Shown one piece after another: positions 36,433 through 38,413 of a DNA stretch of 38,413 nucleotides. The stretch is taken from assembly GCA_036405035.1 (NCBI GenBank), contig DASWYJ010000031.1, positions 1 to 38,413 on the forward strand. The letters run 5' to 3'. Position numbers and translations under genes: made by a program. The notes under the pieces were generated by a model, which saw nothing but the letters and a program-made list of their open reading frames with translations, did no database searches and was not told where the DNA came from. This stretch comes from Burkholderiaceae bacterium. Its GTDB lineage: Bacteria > Pseudomonadota > Gammaproteobacteria > Burkholderiales > Burkholderiaceae_C. Numbering within the stretch: the stretch's first letter is position 1; each line of letters starts with the position of its first letter.

Positions 36433-37365
36433 ATGACATCCCTCGTTATTGCCGAACACGACAACGCCTCCATCAAGGGCGCAACGCTCAACACCGTGAC
36501 CGCCGCCGCTGCCTGTGGCGGTGATGTGCACGTGCTGGTGGCGGGCGCCAATGCCGCTGCCGCTGCCGCCGCCGCCGCCCAGATTGCCGGTGTGGCCAAG
36601 GTGCTGCATGCCGACGCCCCGGGCCTGGAACACGGCCTGGCCGAGAACGTGGCCGCCCAGGTGCTGGCCATTGCCGGCAACTACAGCCACATCCTGTTTC
36701 CCGCCACCGCCTCAGGCAAGAACGTGGCGCCCCGCGTGGCCGCCAAGCTCGACGTGGCCCAGATCTCCGACATCACCAAGGTCGACAGCCCCGACACCTT
36801 CGAGCGCCCCATCTACGCCGGCAACGCCATTGCCACGGTGCAGAGCAGCGATGCCACCAAGGTCATCACGGTGCGCACCACCGGCTTCGATCCGGCTGCG
36901 GCCACCGGTGGCTCGGCCGCCGTGGAAGCCGTGGCAGCCACGGCCGACAACGGTTCCTCCACCTTCGTGGGCAGCGAGATCGCGAAGAGCGACCGCCCCG
37001 AACTTACCGCCGCCAAGATCATCGTATCGGGTGGCCGTGCGCTGGGCAGCGCAGAGAAGTTCGACGAGGTCATGACGCCGCTGGCCGACAAGCTGGGCGC
37101 AGCCCTCGGCGCCTCGCGCGCGGCAGTTGACGCCGGCTACGCACCCAACGACTGGCAGGTGGGCCAGACCGGCAAGATCGTCGCGCCTCAGCTCTACATC
37201 GCCTGCGGCATCAGCGGTGCAATCCAGCATCTGGCCGGCATGAAGGACAGCAAGGTCATCGTCGCCATCAACAAGGACCCCGAGGCCCCCATTTTCTCGG
37301 TGGCCGACTATGGCCTCGAAGCCGACCTGTTCACCGCTGTGCCCGAGTTGGTCAACAGCCTGTAA
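36433..37365 (+). CDS. etfA: Electron transfer flavoprotein subunit alpha
   Basis: [36 protein letters not shown]-binding [35 protein letters not shown]. Confidence 0.95.
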   Translation: MTSLVIAEHDNASIKGATLNTVTAAAACGGDVHVLVAGANAAAAAAAAAQIAGVAKVLHADAPGLEHGLAENVAAQVLAIAGNYSHILFPATASGKNVAPRVAAKLDVAQISDITKVDSPDTFERPIYAGNAIATVQSSDATKVITVRTTGFDPAAATGGSAAVEAVAATADNGSSTFVGSEIAKSDRPELTAAKIIVSGGRALGSAEKFDEVMTPLADKLGAALGASRAAVDAGYAPNDWQVGQTGKIVAPQLYIACGISGAIQHLAGMKDSKVIVAINKDPEAPIFSVADYGLEADLFTAVPELVNSL

Positions 37366-37379
37366 TTTCCTGTTCCAGC

Positions 37380-37403
37380 GGGCGTCCTCGGGACGCCCTT
37401 TTT
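37380..37403 (+). terminator. Rho-independent terminator after etfA
   Basis: GGGCGTCC-TCG-GGACGCCC followed by TTTTT, 15 nt after the etfA stop. Confidence 0.8.
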
Positions 37404-37425
37404 GTATCTGCTTCCGGAGAAGACC

Positions 37426-38413
37426 ATGAGCTATACCGCCCCCCTGAAGGACTTGCTTTTCGATATCCAGCACCTGGCCCGCATCGACCAGATCGCGCAG
37501 ATTCCCGGTTTTGAAGACGCCGGCTTCGATACCGCCCAGGCAGTACTGGAGGAATGCGCCAAATTCAATGAAGGCGTCGTGGCCCCCCTCAACTGGGACG
37601 GCGACCGCAACCCTTCTAGCTGGAAGGATGGGGTCGTGACGACCACACCCGGCTTCAAGGACGCCTACCGCCAGTTCTCCGAAGGCGGCTGGCAGGGCCT
37701 GCAGCATCCGGCCGATTTCGGCGGGCAGGGCCTGCCGAAGACGATCGGCGGCCCCTGCGGCGAGATCCTGAATTCCGCCAACCTGAGCTTTGCACTCTGC
37801 CCGCTGCTGACCGACGGCGCCATCGAGGCGCTGCTCACGGCCGGCTCCGACGATCTGAAGGCCGCCTACCTCGAAAAGCTCATCAGCGGCGAATGGACCG
37901 GCACCATGAACCTGACCGAGCCGCAGGCCGGCAGCGACCTGGCCGCCGTGCGCAGCCGCGCCGAACCGCAGCCCGACGGCAGCTACAAGGTGTTCGGCAC
38001 CAAGATCTTCATCACCTACGGTGAGCACGACATGGCCGAGAACATCGTCCATCTGGTGCTGGCCCGCGTGACCGGCGCACCGGAAGGCGTGAAAGGCATC
38101 AGCCTGTTCGTCGTGCCGAAGTTCATGGTCAATGCCGACGGCTCCCCGGGTGCGCGCAACGATGTGCACTGCGTCAGCATCGAGCACAAGCTGGGCATCA
38201 AGGCCAGCCCCACCGCCGTGCTGCAGTACGGCGACCACGGCGGGGCCGTGGGCTACCTGGTGGGCCAGGAGAACCGGGGCCTGGAATACATGTTCATCAT
38301 GATGAACGCCGCCCGCTATGCGGTGGGCGTGCAGGGCATCGCGGTGGCCGAGCGGGCCTACCAGCATGCGGTGGCCTATGCCCGCGAGCGCGTGCAGAGC
38401 CGCCCCGTCGATG
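37426..38413 (+). CDS. Acyl-CoA dehydrogenase (long N-terminal type); 3-prime end outside the window
   Basis: Not in the supplied ORF track because no stop codon is reached. My own translation from ATG 37426 gives MSYTAPLKDLLFDIQHLARIDQI ... GEWTGTMNLTEPQAGSDLAAV ... YKVFGTKIFITYGEHD ... GISLFVVPK ... IEHKLGIKASPTAVLQYG, typical of acyl-CoA dehydrogenases. GGAGAAG RBS upstream. Confidence 0.9.
   Translation, partial: MSYTAPLKDLLFDIQHLARIDQIAQIPGFEDAGFDTAQAVLEECAKFNEGVVAPLNWDGDRNPSSWKDGVVTTTPGFKDAYRQFSEGGWQGLQHPADFGGQGLPKTIGGPCGEILNSANLSFALCPLLTDGAIEALLTAGSDDLKAAYLEKLISGEWTGTMNLTEPQAGSDLAAVRSRAEPQPDGSYKVFGTKIFITYGEHDMAENIVHLVLARVTGAPEGVKGISLFVVPKFMVNADGSPGARNDVHCVSIEHKLGIKASPTAVLQYGDHGGAVGYLVGQENRGLEYMFIMMNAARYAVGVQGIAVAERAYQHAVAYARERVQSRPVD

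Noticed and set aside
36712-38367. 551-aa minus-strand ORF
   Set aside because: It is antisense to etfA and to the plus-strand acyl-CoA dehydrogenase (37426 onward), which is absent from the track only because it has no stop in the window. The plus-strand translation has clear ACAD motifs; the minus-strand one is Gly/Ala/His/Arg-rich with no motifs.

Overview
This is a high-GC proteobacterial chromosome segment. Gene content looks Burkholderiales/Comamonadaceae-like, but that taxon call is inference only. All calls come from reading the ORF translations and DNA by eye; no searches were run.

(1) 1-14262: one tightly packed plus-strand operon, visibly lower in GC than the rest of the window. 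It encodes a type I PKS / PUFA-synthase-like system: the KR tail of a gene truncated by the window edge, a KS-AT-DH-PPTase megasynthase and a discrete ACP. It also encodes a GT1 glycosyltransferase, an alpha/beta hydrolase and two paralogous stand-alone HxxxDG condensation-like acyltransferases. Embedded between those two is an envelope exporter: HlyD adaptor, ABC ATPase and two FtsX/MacB-type permeases. I cannot match this operon to a characterised pathway from memory. It is my top candidate for an undescribed system, namely synthesis and export of an acylated or glycosylated polyketide lipid.

(2) 14.3-15.9 kb: a DUF4399-like lipoprotein, tRNA-Gly(CCC) whose 3-prime end faces the cluster, and a small secreted low-complexity protein.

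(3) 16.1-20.8 kb: an operon of a secreted two-domain DUF3047 protein, a periplasmic Sel1-repeat protein, a HisKA_3 sensor kinase and a NarL-type response regulator.

(4) 20.8-38.4 kb: core genes. These are gabD, alaS, an orphan LivK-type binding protein, an NlpC/P60 peptidase, mltB translationally coupled to a moxR-DUF58-tgpA module, an HDAC-like deacetylase, an enoyl-CoA hydratase, an MscS channel, etfB, etfA and a 3-prime-truncated acyl-CoA dehydrogenase that is missing from the ORF track.

I recognised no CRISPR array, rRNA, transposase or integrase. Many long ORFs in the track are antisense shadow ORFs typical of high-GC DNA.
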